From Clostridia bacterium (lineage in GTDB: Bacteria > Bacillota > Clostridia > UMGS1840): a stretch of DNA of 64,000 bases. Both the position numbers and the translations under genes were made by a program. The DNA is taken from positions 7,378-71,377 of the forward strand of contig JAGAKI010000043.1 of assembly GCA_017625695.1 (NCBI GenBank). The letters run 5' to 3'. This document shows, in pieces, positions 55,142 to 64,000 of this stretch. Positions within the stretch are counted from its first letter, which is position 1. Every line of letters begins with the position of its first letter. The notes under the pieces are model-generated. The model did not search any database. It saw only the letters and a list, made by a program, of their open reading frames with translations, and was not told the DNA's origin.

Positions 55142-56401
55142 TTATTTCTTTAACACGTTCTGATAAATCTGTACCAGCGTCTTTCCGTAATTTTCATTTT
55201 CGTATTCTTTTTCCATAAACGCCATTGCATTAGCACCTAACTGTTTGGCAAAACCGGAATCTGACAGCAAAGTTTTGATATGATATGCCAACAATTCATA
55301 CTCTTCGTAGCGATACAAAAGACCGGTTTCTTTATGAACCACCGTTTCGTAAATATCCCCTACAAAAGCAGAAACCACCGGCATTCCAAGCATCATGGCT
55401 TCCCTTAAGGTTGCCGACTCGTTTTCAATCACAGAGGGCATCACAAATACGTTGCTTTTCAGCATATAATCTGCCATTTGCTCAGAGGACAAGGCACCCA
55501 AAAATTCTACGTTGTTTTCTAACCCGTATTTTTTGATTAACTGCTTCAGATAAGTAATATAAGTAGGTTCAAACAGCCATTTCGGATTTCGGGAAGCAAT
55601 ACTTCCGGGAACCCGCAATAAGATATCGGGAAACTCTTTTTTTAATAAAGCAATGGCTTCAATCACCTGATGAATTCCTTTATACGCAGTACGCCCTGCC
55701 AGACAAAATAAGCTGTTAGGACGTGCGGCATCATAGGACCATTTTCTGTCATAAAATACCTGCCGGATCGGTAATTTATCAAAATATACAGGTATCTCAG
55801 GCAGTTTCATCTGATACTGCATCAATGCCCATTCATTATCGGAAAAAATGGCAGAAGACTCCCCAATCATCGCCAGTTCCATCTCTGCCTGCTTTTCCAT
55901 AAAGCGGGAATCTTTGTTATATTTATTTGCTTTTAAGCGGTCAAGCAAAGACAATTCCTGTTTCATTTTTGCAACAGATAAATGTCCGTTCGGATACTTG
56001 CTGATTGCGTTGATAGCACCCTGAATCCGATACACAATAGGGATATTTTTAATTTCTTTCGCCAAATCGTATCCGATGGAAAATTCAGTTCCCCAGATGT
56101 GAATGATATCCGGCCGGATTCTATCAATCTCGGAACACCAAACCGCCAATTTTGATTTCGAGGTGCTTTTTCCACGGGGGCATCTTCCAAGATTCAGACA
56201 GATATACTCCACTCTTCCCTCTTGTTTCCTCAAGGTGTTTTTGATTTTTGAAGTAGTGAGAATCGTCAGTTTTACAGTGCTGTCTGCTGACAACAGCGAA
56301 TCCATCGCCCCGTCAATCCAGGTGCCGCTCTGAGCACGGCTCAGATGCAAAACATCGGATATTCTGCCGATGGGAGAATTTAAAATCCATAAAATATTCA
56401 T
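55142..56401 (-). CDS. GT4-family (GT-B fold) glycosyltransferase
   Basis: C-terminal GT1/GT4 block PSVIENESATLREAMMLGMPVVSAFVGD...V.HKETGLL. The ATG at 56401 is preferred over the TTG at 56413. Confidence 0.8.
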   Translation of the reverse strand: MNILWILNSPIGRISDVLHLSRAQSGTWIDGAMDSLLSADSTVKLTILTTSKIKNTLRKQEGRVEYICLNLGRCPRGKSTSKSKLAVWCSEIDRIRPDIIHIWGTEFSIGYDLAKEIKNIPIVYRIQGAINAISKYPNGHLSVAKMKQELSLLDRLKANKYNKDSRFMEKQAEMELAMIGESSAIFSDNEWALMQYQMKLPEIPVYFDKLPIRQVFYDRKWSYDAARPNSLFCLAGRTAYKGIHQVIEAIALLKKEFPDILLRVPGSIASRNPKWLFEPTYITYLKQLIKKYGLENNVEFLGALSSEQMADYMLKSNVFVMPSVIENESATLREAMMLGMPVVSAFVGDIYETVVHKETGLLYRYEEYELLAYHIKTLLSDSGFAKQLGANAMAFMEKEYENENYGKTLVQIYQNVLKK

Positions 56402-56416
56402 AGTAAATTCCAACCT

Positions 56417-57523
56417 TTACGAACCGTAAATTTGCCAGAAGAAATAATAGGGCGAAATTCCCAAACTCTGAGATTTAAAAAACATATATCCCGGTAAAAG
56501 AATTGCAAACAAAGAAGCCACATAACGGGTATTTCTGTCTTCTATTTCGGAAATAACATTACCCAAAAGTACTACGTTAAAAATATAGAAATACTGATTC
56601 ATACGCCCAATCATATTGGAAGAAAGAGACAAAACCTGAATCACAGCATAGGCGAAAGACCCGACAAAGCACAAAGAACAAAACTGCTCCTGCTGTTCAT
56701 CTTTTATTTTCGTTCTTTCCCAGAAGAACAAACAAAACATGGGAATTAAAAGTGCCACAAGAACTACAAGAGGGTTAATAGGGAACTTATCACTTACCAA
56801 TCCATAAGTTTCATATTTTTCAGGAAGTAAATATTCCAAGACGGGAATGAAAATCGATCGTAAAAAAATGCATGCAACGGAAAATGCGGAAATAATCCAC
56901 CCGCTTAACTTATTGATTTTAACATATCTAGCAAAATAGAACACAATAAAGAAAATTGCTGACTGATGAAATGTGGACGCCAATAACACCAAAAGGATAA
57001 AACGAATCGGTTTTTTCTCCAGAATACAGTCAATTCCAAACCAACAGATACAGCAAGCAATCGATTGGCGAATCCCGGACATAGACATGGTAAAAAGTCC
57101 GATGGTAGTATGTAGATAGAATCCCCAGAAAGGATTTTTACACCATTTATAAATGAATCGGGAAATACAAACAGAAATGAATAAGCCGTATAGCAATAAA
57201 TAAAGTTGGTATGGAACATGCAAGGAGTACAAAATTTTACCAACCAAAGTAAAACCTAACTCCTTTTCTAACCAAATATCCCATTGCAAAAATGTATCCC
57301 AATCATAGTAAGCAGATGAATGGTAACGACTCAGATAATGCGGGGTATCGATTCCCACCAACTGATGACGAAATCCCATAATCACAAATAGGGCGAATCC
57401 GCTAATCCATACAAAAGCCTTTTTCCGCCACAAGAGACCTTCTTCTGATATTTTATTGTTCTGATACAGCAGATAGTAAAATGCTACCAGCCATATTAAA
57501 ATCATAAATACATAAGGTGTCAT
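56417..57523 (-). CDS. EpsG family membrane protein (Wzy-like polysaccharide polymerase candidate), tandem copy 1
   Basis: 368 aa, about 10-11 TM segments, EpsG-like motifs (GFRH..VGIDT..Y; MSMSGIRQSIACCICWF; FHQSAIF). Confidence 0.75.
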   Translation of the reverse strand: MTPYVFMILIWLVAFYYLLYQNNKISEEGLLWRKKAFVWISGFALFVIMGFRHQLVGIDTPHYLSRYHSSAYYDWDTFLQWDIWLEKELGFTLVGKILYSLHVPYQLYLLLYGLFISVCISRFIYKWCKNPFWGFYLHTTIGLFTMSMSGIRQSIACCICWFGIDCILEKKPIRFILLVLLASTFHQSAIFFIVFYFARYVKINKLSGWIISAFSVACIFLRSIFIPVLEYLLPEKYETYGLVSDKFPINPLVVLVALLIPMFCLFFWERTKIKDEQQEQFCSLCFVGSFAYAVIQVLSLSSNMIGRMNQYFYIFNVVLLGNVISEIEDRNTRYVASLFAILLPGYMFFKSQSLGISPYYFFWQIYGS

Positions 57524-57570
57524 ATCGTGTAACCTCTTTTACCAATTCTGTTGTGCAAACTCAGACGCGA

Positions 57571-58677
57571 TTATTCTCCGTATATCTGCCAAAAGAAATA
57601 ATAAGGCGAAATTCCTAAACTTTGTGACTTAAAAAACATATATCCCGGCAGAAGAATTGTAAACAGAATCGCAATATACCGAGTCTTATAATCCTTAATA
57701 TCAGTAATGATATTGCCCAAAAGCGCTACGTTAAAAATATAAAAATACTGGCTCATCCGACCAATCATATTGGAAGAAAGTGACATAATGGTAATTAAAG
57801 CGTATAAAAAGGACCCGAAAAAGCAAAGAGAATATTCTTCGGTCTCTTCCTCCGTAAAAATCTTTTTACGTTCCCAAAAGAACAAACAAAACATCGGAAT
57901 CAGCAATGATATGACTACCAGCAAAGGATTGATAGGGTTTTTATCACTAATCATTCCGTAAATATTATATTTTTGCGGCATCAAATGGTTTAACAGAACC
58001 ACAAACACCGGCCGCAAGAATACAAAGCTTAAACAAATAAGCCAGATAATCCATCCGCTACTTTTAGTAATTTTAATCTTTCTGACAAAATAAAAGGCCA
58101 GATAGAATATCGCTGATTGATGAAAAGTGGCTGCCAACAGCACCAAAAGTGCAAAACGAATGGGCTTTTTCTTTAAAATATAATCAGTTGCGAACCAACA
58201 AATACAGCAGGCTATGGACTGTCGTATCCCGGACATGGACATGGTAAATAGCCCAATGGTGGTGTGCAGATAGAATCCCCAAAAAGGATTTTTACACCAT
58301 TTATTAATCAATCGGGAAATACAAATGGTAATAAACAAACCATATAGCATTAAATATATTTCACCCGGGATTCCCAACGAGTATAAAATTTTTCCGACAA
58401 GCGTGAATCCCAATTCCTTCTCCAGCCAAATATCCCACTGTAAAAATGCAGTCCAGTCATAATACGCTGATGAATAATACCGCATAAGGTAACGCGGAGT
58501 ATCAATTCCAACCTCAGGGTGACGAAACCCCATAATCACAAACAGTGCAGTTGCACAAATCCAAATAAACGCTTTTCTGCGTAATAGCTTTCCTTTTTCG
58601 GATAAATGATCAGTCCGATACTGCAAGAAATAGAACGCTATCAGCCATACTATAATCATAAACACATAAGGTGTCAT
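57571..58677 (-). CDS. EpsG family membrane protein (Wzy-like polymerase candidate), tandem copy 2
   Basis: 368 aa, colinear with copy 1 without indels. Several blocks are identical (CKNPFWGFYLHTTIGLFTMSMSGIRQSIACCICWF; LLPGYMFFKSQSLGISPYYFFWQIYG). Confidence 0.75.
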   Translation of the reverse strand: MTPYVFMIIVWLIAFYFLQYRTDHLSEKGKLLRRKAFIWICATALFVIMGFRHPEVGIDTPRYLMRYYSSAYYDWTAFLQWDIWLEKELGFTLVGKILYSLGIPGEIYLMLYGLFITICISRLINKWCKNPFWGFYLHTTIGLFTMSMSGIRQSIACCICWFATDYILKKKPIRFALLVLLAATFHQSAIFYLAFYFVRKIKITKSSGWIIWLICLSFVFLRPVFVVLLNHLMPQKYNIYGMISDKNPINPLLVVISLLIPMFCLFFWERKKIFTEEETEEYSLCFFGSFLYALITIMSLSSNMIGRMSQYFYIFNVALLGNIITDIKDYKTRYIAILFTILLPGYMFFKSQSLGISPYYFFWQIYGE

Positions 58678-58713
58678 AAGGTAACCTCTGTTCTTTACAT
58701 TACTATTTTTTGA

Positions 58714-59826
58714 TTACCCTTTATAAACCTGCCAGAAAAAATAATAGGGTGCAATTCCCAAGCTTTGAGATTTAAAAAACATATATCCCGGCAGTAAAAT
58801 TGCAAATATAATTGCAATGTAACGGGTTTTATAATCACGAATATCCGCAATGATATTTCCTAAAAGCACTACATTAAAAATATAGAAATACTGACTCATT
58901 CGGCCTATCATATTGGAAGAGAGCGATAAAATCGTAATAATCGAATATAAAAAGGAACCGATAAAACACAGAAAATACCGTTGTGTTTCCTCTTCACTGC
59001 GAAATTTGTTCCGATCCCAAAAGAACAAACAAAACATCGGAATCAACAATGAAATTCCAACGAGAATCGGATTGATGGGATACTTATCACTAATCATTCC
59101 GTAAACACCGTATTTTTCCGGCATAAAATAGGAAAGAAGGGTAATAAATAAAGGGCGTAAAACCAAAAGGCTTAAACATCCAAACCAGAGAATCCATCCT
59201 CCGAATTTTCCAACTTTAATCTTTCCTATAAAATAAAATGCCAAGTAGAAAATTGCCGACTGATGAAACGTGGACGCCAACAACACCAAAAGAATAAACG
59301 GTATTGGTTTTTTCTTATAAATATAATCGGTTGCCAACCAACAAATACAGCAGGCAATGGACTGTCGCATCCCGGACATGGACATGGTAAACAATCCCAT
59401 CGTTGTATGAAAATAGAATCCAAAAAACAGGTTTTTACACCATCGATACACCAATCGGGAGATACAAAAAGAAATAAACAAGGCATATAAAATCAGATAC
59501 GTCTGATTTCCTACGCCGAGCATTCCAAGCAATTTACCAACTAAGGTAAATCCCATTTCTTCCCGAATCCATCCGGTTGTCCTGGAAAAATAACTCCAAT
59601 CCAATTTGTTGCTTGCCCGGTACCGTTCCAGATACCGCATGGTATCAACCCCCACATATCTGTGACGGAGACCCATAATGAGAAACAGCACCGCGCCGGC
59701 AAACAAAATGAAATACTTTTTTCTTTTCTCCAGAGAAGCTTCAAAATCCGGTTTACTCCTGTGGCGATACAACATAAAGTAGTACCCTGCCAACCAGGAA
59801 ACAATCATAAAAACATATGCTGTCAT
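58714..59826 (-). CDS. EpsG family membrane protein (Wzy-like polymerase candidate), tandem copy 3
   Basis: 370 aa with the same architecture. It is the most divergent N-terminally and shares LFTMSMSGMRQSIACCICW, LLIPMFCLFFW and SLSSNMIGRMSQYFYIFNV. Confidence 0.75.
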   Translation of the reverse strand: MTAYVFMIVSWLAGYYFMLYRHRSKPDFEASLEKRKKYFILFAGAVLFLIMGLRHRYVGVDTMRYLERYRASNKLDWSYFSRTTGWIREEMGFTLVGKLLGMLGVGNQTYLILYALFISFCISRLVYRWCKNLFFGFYFHTTMGLFTMSMSGMRQSIACCICWLATDYIYKKKPIPFILLVLLASTFHQSAIFYLAFYFIGKIKVGKFGGWILWFGCLSLLVLRPLFITLLSYFMPEKYGVYGMISDKYPINPILVGISLLIPMFCLFFWDRNKFRSEEETQRYFLCFIGSFLYSIITILSLSSNMIGRMSQYFYIFNVVLLGNIIADIRDYKTRYIAIIFAILLPGYMFFKSQSLGIAPYYFFWQVYKG

Positions 59827-59846
59827 AAGTTCCTCATTTTAAACAA

Positions 59847-60821
59847 TTACAAATTTTCCCGATACCAGTCCACCGCCAACTCAATACCACGGCTGAAATC
59901 ATAATCGGGGTCATATCCTAACAGATTTCTCGCTTTGGAAATATCCGCATTGGAATGTTTGATATCTCCGGCACGGTCCGGTCCGAAATTAGGCTCAATT
60001 TTTTTCCCTAACAATTCACACAGTTTATCATATAAATCAATCAGATATTCCTGACCGCCATACGCCACATTGAACGCTTCTCCGGCAGCCTCGGGACCTG
60101 ATAACATTCCCTTTAAGTTCGCTTCAATCACATTTTCGATGTAGGTAAAATCACGGGACTGCTTGCCGTCTCCGTTGATGGTGGGTGCCTCATCATTCAG
60201 CAAAGCTTTTACAAATTTGGGTATTACAGCTGCATAGTATCCATGTGGGTCCTGACGGCGACCAAATACATTGAAATAACGGAACCCAACCGTTTCCAGT
60301 CCATACAGTTTGGTATACAGTCTGCCATATTCTTCGTTGGTTTTTTTCGTCAGAGCGTAGGGAGACAGAACTTTTCCCACCCGTTCTTCGGTTTTGGGCA
60401 GATTCGGTTCATCCCCATACACGGAAGAGCTGGATGCATACACAAATTTTTTGACGCCGTTCTGGCGTGCTGCTTCCATCATATTCAAGGTTCCGCCAAT
60501 ATTAATGTCTTCATATAAAAGAGGCATTTCAATGCTTCTGGGCACACTTCCCCATGCTGCCTGGTGAGATACGTAATCAATTCCTTCGCAGGCTTTCATG
60601 CAAGTGTCTAAATCCCGGATATCCCCCTCTAACAATTCAAAGTTTGGATTTTCCAGGAAAGATGCAATATTTTCCCGTTTCCCCGTAGAAAAATCATCCA
60701 GACAACGAACAAAGAAGCCCATATTTAAAATCGCTTCACAAAGGTTGGAGCCGATAAACCCTGCTCCACCTGTCACTAAAAACCGAGAATTTTCGGGAAA
60801 TTTCAAATTCTTGTAACCCAT
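59847..60821 (-). CDS. SDR-family NAD-dependent nucleotide-sugar epimerase (TviC/WbpP-like C4 epimerase)
   Basis: VTGGAGFIGSNLCEAIL Rossmann motif and catalytic YALTK (YxxxK). It is paired with a TviB/WbpO-like dehydrogenase. Confidence 0.85.
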   Translation of the reverse strand: MGYKNLKFPENSRFLVTGGAGFIGSNLCEAILNMGFFVRCLDDFSTGKRENIASFLENPNFELLEGDIRDLDTCMKACEGIDYVSHQAAWGSVPRSIEMPLLYEDINIGGTLNMMEAARQNGVKKFVYASSSSVYGDEPNLPKTEERVGKVLSPYALTKKTNEEYGRLYTKLYGLETVGFRYFNVFGRRQDPHGYYAAVIPKFVKALLNDEAPTINGDGKQSRDFTYIENVIEANLKGMLSGPEAAGEAFNVAYGGQEYLIDLYDKLCELLGKKIEPNFGPDRAGDIKHSNADISKARNLLGYDPDYDFSRGIELAVDWYRENL

Positions 60822-60825
60822 AATC

Positions 60826-62148
60826 TTACAATCTCCAATAATTATAATCTAAATCTTCCGCTTCTTTTCTGTCAAGCACACCTTTGATGTCTACCAACAC
60901 TTTTTTGTTATTGGGCACATCTTGAAAGAATCTGTCAAAATCAGAAAGGCTCATCTTCATAAATTCTTCATGACCTACGGCAATAATCAGACAATCTACA
61001 TCTTTTATCTCCTCCAAAGAGGCAAATTCGATGCCGTATTCGTGCAACGCTTCCCCTTTATCAGCCACCGGGTCATATACCATAGGAACTACGTCGTATT
61101 CTGCAAGTTCGTGCATAATATCAATCACTCTGGTATTACGGGTATCCGGACAGTTTTCCTTAAAGGTGAATCCAAAGAGTGCCACCTTAGCATGTTTGAT
61201 GGAAACATCTGCACGGATTAAGTTTTTGATAATGTTTTCTGCCACGTATTTTCCCATATCGTCGTTGATGGTACGACCCGACAGAATGATTTTACTGTGA
61301 TATCCCATCTGTTCTGCCTTGTAGGTAAGATAATAGGGGTCTACACCAATACAGTGTCCGCCTACCAAACCAGGAGCAAATTTCAAGAAGTTCCATTTGG
61401 TACCTGCCGCTTCCAGAACAGCCTTGGTATCAATGCCCATTTTGTTGAAAATAATAGACAACTCGTTCATAAATGCGATATTGATATCACGCTGACTGTT
61501 TTCAATCACTTTTGCTGCTTCCGCAACCTTGATGCTTTGGGCACGGTGAACCCCTGCGTCTACCACCAGTTCATATACCTTGGCAACAGTATCCAAAGTT
61601 TCTTCATCCATTCCGGAAACAATTTTCACAATCGTTTCCAGTCTGTGTACTTTATCACCGGGATTGATTCGTTCGGGAGAGTACCCGATTTTAAAATCAA
61701 CACCGCATTTTAAGCCGCTTTCTTTTTCTAAAATCGGTACACATACTTCTTCGGTAACCCCGGGATACACAGTGCTTTCAAATACTACAACAGAACCTTT
61801 GGTCAGATTCTGTCCTAAAATTCTGCTGGCTCCTTCTACCGGAGTCAAGTCGGGAGTGTGGTCAGAATTTACCGGAGTTGGTACTGCCACAATGTGAAAT
61901 TTCGCTTCTTTTAAACGGGTGGGATCTGCGGTAAAATCCACCGTTGTATTCTTGATTGCTTCGTTGCCCACCTCTTTTGTTGGGTCGATTCCCTGCTGAT
62001 ACAACTCAATTTTCTTTTGGTTCAAGTCAAAACCGATGACGTCTGTTTTTTTAGCAAAAGCAACTGCAATGGGCATTCCAACATAGCCTAAGCCAACCAA
62101 AGAAATTTTTTCCTGTCGGTTTACAATTTTTTCATATAAATTCATCAT
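60826..62148 (-). CDS. UDP-N-acetyl-hexosamine 6-dehydrogenase (TviB/WbpO/CapL-like nucleotide-sugar dehydrogenase)
   Basis: ISLVGLGYVGMPIAVAFA, VPTPV, catalytic GGHCIGVDP, 440 aa. Confidence 0.88.
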   Translation of the reverse strand: MMNLYEKIVNRQEKISLVGLGYVGMPIAVAFAKKTDVIGFDLNQKKIELYQQGIDPTKEVGNEAIKNTTVDFTADPTRLKEAKFHIVAVPTPVNSDHTPDLTPVEGASRILGQNLTKGSVVVFESTVYPGVTEEVCVPILEKESGLKCGVDFKIGYSPERINPGDKVHRLETIVKIVSGMDEETLDTVAKVYELVVDAGVHRAQSIKVAEAAKVIENSQRDINIAFMNELSIIFNKMGIDTKAVLEAAGTKWNFLKFAPGLVGGHCIGVDPYYLTYKAEQMGYHSKIILSGRTINDDMGKYVAENIIKNLIRADVSIKHAKVALFGFTFKENCPDTRNTRVIDIMHELAEYDVVPMVYDPVADKGEALHEYGIEFASLEEIKDVDCLIIAVGHEEFMKMSLSDFDRFFQDVPNNKKVLVDIKGVLDRKEAEDLDYNYWRL

Positions 62149-63239
62149 GATTCCACCTTCCCGATTTCTCGTAAATAGTGATCTATAATAATTTTGCGAT
62201 CATATTCCCGCTCCATTTTTAAACGTCCCAAAACGCCCATCTGTTTACGTTCTTCATATGACAGATGGATAAATTTTCGCAAAGCATCTTCCAGTGCTTT
62301 TGCATTTTTCGCTTCAAATACATACCCGGTAGCACCATCGTCAATGATTTCCATACAACCGGGAATTTTACTTGCGATACACGGTCTGCCCGAAGATGCA
62401 CTTTCCAGAAGAACATTTGCAGTTCCTTCATGATAGGAAGGCAAAACCGTAGCAGAATGTGTTTTGATAAATTCCCGCACATTTTGCTGCTGCCCCAATG
62501 CATTGACCACATTGCCTTCATTCAGGGCATCGAAGGTTTCTTGATACTCTTCTTCACAAAAACCAACCAAATCAAAGGTAATCTGAGGATAATCCCTGCG
62601 GATATTTTTAGCAGCTTCCAGAAGCTCGCCTACCCCTTTATCCCGCATTAGTCTGCCGATAAACAAGAAAGACAGCGGTTCTTCTTTTGAGGGATATTTT
62701 TCGTAGGTATAATCGTGGATGTTCACACCGGAACCGGGAAGCAACACGTGATTTTGGGCAATTGCTTTCTGTTCTTTAAAAAATTCCAAATTCTGACTGT
62801 TCTGAAAAAAGAGACAGCTTGCATACTTTGCACTCAGACGGTAAAGCATCATCAAAATTTTTGCTACCACCCCGCCATTATGTACCGCTGAACCCAATCC
62901 CGTTATGTTGGAAAGGTACGGCACCTTCGCCATCCGGCAGGCAAGACCACCATAAATATTTGGTTTTACTGTATAAGTTAACACCACGTCGGGATTTACC
63001 TGTTTTAAAATCTTGCGATAAGTAAAAAACAACTTCAAATCTGCAATGGGATTCATTCCACGTCGGTCCACGGGAGTTTCGACATAGTGACACCCCATTG
63101 CAATCATATCGTTTACTCTGGGACCCATAGGCAGAGAAATATGCACTTCATATCCCTCTTTTAACAACTTTTCCAGCAATTCTTTCCGAAAATTATAAAG
63201 TCCCATATCCAGATTGGCAAGAATCAGTATTTTTTTCAT
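62145..63239 (-). CDS. GT4-family (GT-B fold) glycosyltransferase
   Basis: MKKILILANLDMGLYNFRKELL N-terminus and the C-terminal block LPSYHEGTANVLLESASSGRPCIASKIPGC.E...DGATG. Its stop overlaps the start of the next gene (ATGA). Confidence 0.8.
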   Translation of the reverse strand: MKKILILANLDMGLYNFRKELLEKLLKEGYEVHISLPMGPRVNDMIAMGCHYVETPVDRRGMNPIADLKLFFTYRKILKQVNPDVVLTYTVKPNIYGGLACRMAKVPYLSNITGLGSAVHNGGVVAKILMMLYRLSAKYASCLFFQNSQNLEFFKEQKAIAQNHVLLPGSGVNIHDYTYEKYPSKEEPLSFLFIGRLMRDKGVGELLEAAKNIRRDYPQITFDLVGFCEEEYQETFDALNEGNVVNALGQQQNVREFIKTHSATVLPSYHEGTANVLLESASSGRPCIASKIPGCMEIIDDGATGYVFEAKNAKALEDALRKFIHLSYEERKQMGVLGRLKMEREYDRKIIIDHYLREIGKVES

Positions 63240-63242
63240 AGG

Positions 63243-63854
63243 CTATTTCACCTTTCTTGCAGGAACTCCAACATAAGTTCCCTTTTCGGTAATACTGTTT
63301 ACTACTACCGTCCCTGCACCTACCATTACATCAGCACAAATGTCAGTGTTGTTTTTTACTTTGGCACCAATGCCCACATGGGTTCGTTCTCCCACGGTGA
63401 CTGTGCCTGCCAACGCCGCTACCGGAGATAAATGCACATAATCGGAAATCTGATTATCGTGTTCTATTACAGAAGCGGTATTGATAATACAATGCTTTCC
63501 TACCCTGGCATCCGCATTGATGACTGCATTTGCCATCACGCAGGTGCCTTCTCCAATGGTAACCCCTTCTGCAATCACTGCAGTCGGGTGAATGGCGGTG
63601 TAAAAAGTGACACCCTGCATTTTTTTTGCAATTTGCTCACGAATGGCGTTGTTGCCGATGGCAATGATAAATTCTTTCTGAATATATTCTTGATAGGAAT
63701 CTGTATTTCCTAAAATAAAAGCATCGAAAAATTCGGTTCCAGCCTGTTTGGAATCATCCAGGAATCCAATCAGGTTATCTCCGGATTTTCTTACAATATC
63801 GGCAATCACTTTGGCGTGACCGCCTGCACCGATTACAATTACATCTTTATGCAT
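63243..63854 (-). CDS. NeuD/PglD-type sugar N-acetyltransferase (left-handed beta-helix)
   Basis: VIVIGAGGHAKVIADIV N-terminal Rossmann-like domain followed by hexapeptide repeats (IGEGTCVMANAVINADARVGKHCIINTASVIEHD...). Confidence 0.8.
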   Translation of the reverse strand: MHKDVIVIGAGGHAKVIADIVRKSGDNLIGFLDDSKQAGTEFFDAFILGNTDSYQEYIQKEFIIAIGNNAIREQIAKKMQGVTFYTAIHPTAVIAEGVTIGEGTCVMANAVINADARVGKHCIINTASVIEHDNQISDYVHLSPVAALAGTVTVGERTHVGIGAKVKNNTDICADVMVGAGTVVVNSITEKGTYVGVPARKVK

Positions 63855-64000
63855 CTACATTACTTCCTTTAAAAGGCTCCATGGTTGCAGCCCCGTCCTG
63901 ATGGATGCCTTCCTGTTTGGCAAAGGCTTTCCATACCGTCTGAAAAATGATTCTAACATCGCCCCAAAAGGTGATGTTCTCTACATATTGTACATCCAGT
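63847..64000 (-). CDS. Bacterial sugar transferase (polyprenyl-phosphate hexose-1-phosphate transferase, PglC/WbaP-type), C-terminal fragment
   Basis: The reverse-strand translation is LDVQYVENITFWGDVRIIFQTVWKAFAKQEGIHQDGAATMEPFKGSNVDA*. This is the typical C-terminus of the family. The stop overlaps the acetyltransferase start (ATGCATAA). The 5' end is outside the window. Confidence 0.7.
   Translation of the reverse strand, partial: LDVQYVENITFWGDVRIIFQTVWKAFAKQEGIHQDGAATMEPFKGSNVDA

Larger units (their letters stand above)
56417..59826 (-). repeat. Tandem array of three diverged EpsG-family paralogs (unit about 1.15 kb)
   Basis: Three head-to-tail genes of nearly equal length, separated by 47 and 36 nt. 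The protein sequences are colinear, with long identical blocks interrupted by variable segments. Confidence 0.85.

Noticed and set aside
56417-59826. The EpsG triplet as a mobile element or an assembly duplication artefact
   Set aside because: There is no transposase, no inverted or direct terminal repeats, and the copies are substantially diverged at the DNA level. This is inconsistent with an IS element, a recent duplication or a collapsed/expanded assembly repeat.
61297-61713. Numerous 60-140-aa ORFs antisense to or out of frame with long genes (e.g. 2568-2963, 9880-10293, 41384-41809, 45224-45610, 48082-48459, 61297-61713)
   Set aside because: All lie wholly within well-supported genes on the opposite strand or in another frame. 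They lack RBSs and have skewed low-complexity compositions typical of shadow ORFs.
1-64000. tRNA, rRNA, CRISPR arrays, transposases, integrases, toxin-antitoxin pairs, restriction-modification or other recognisable phage-defence genes
   Set aside because: I scanned intergenic regions and all ORF translations by eye. No cloverleaf-like T-arm motifs, repeat-spacer periodicity or hallmark catalytic motifs were seen. This is a visual negative only, not a computed one.

Overview
Low-GC Firmicute (Clostridia-like, spore-former) chromosomal window; the taxon is inferred from gene content only. Bases 1-13.9 kb (+ strand) hold a division/cell-wall (dcw) cluster: rsmH 3' end, ftsL-like, class B PBP, murE, murF, mraY, ftsW/spoVE, murG, murA, ftsQ/divIB, DUF881, sbp, ftsZ. 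murD, murB and ftsA are missing from their usual slots. Bases 14.5-20.1 kb are + strand housekeeping genes: HAD hydrolase, hflX, yigZ, mtaD-like, azlCD, and a DtxR/MntR-family regulator. Bases 20.2-22.7 kb are an AT-rich, terminator-bounded two-gene islet on the - strand encoding a lipoprotein and a secreted serpin with three N-terminal SLH-like repeats. It is preceded by an ECF-sigma-like promoter. Next come ldh, spoIIM-like, nif3, yfcE, a Gfo/Idh/MocA oxidoreductase and an LtaS-family enzyme. A BspA-type LRR surface protein follows, and its consensus promoter is overlaid by a perfect 20-bp palindrome next to a divergent 66-aa HTH gene. Bases 31.3-45.8 kb are one tightly packed - strand array: rqcP, folD, ygiQ, DUF4364, CDF, ABC-F, metK, DMT, hslO, WalRK-like two-component system, mnmG, mreB. 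Bases 47.5-64 kb (- strand) are a polysaccharide locus: priming transferase, NeuD-type acetyltransferase, GT4, TviB/TviC-like pair, three tandem EpsG/Wzy-like paralogs, GT4, pyruvyl transferase, FrhB-like, GT-A, ugd, flippase, PF14907-like nucleotidyltransferase, VanZ. I saw no rRNA, tRNA, CRISPR array, transposase or prophage genes. All product calls come from reading the translations; no database search was possible.
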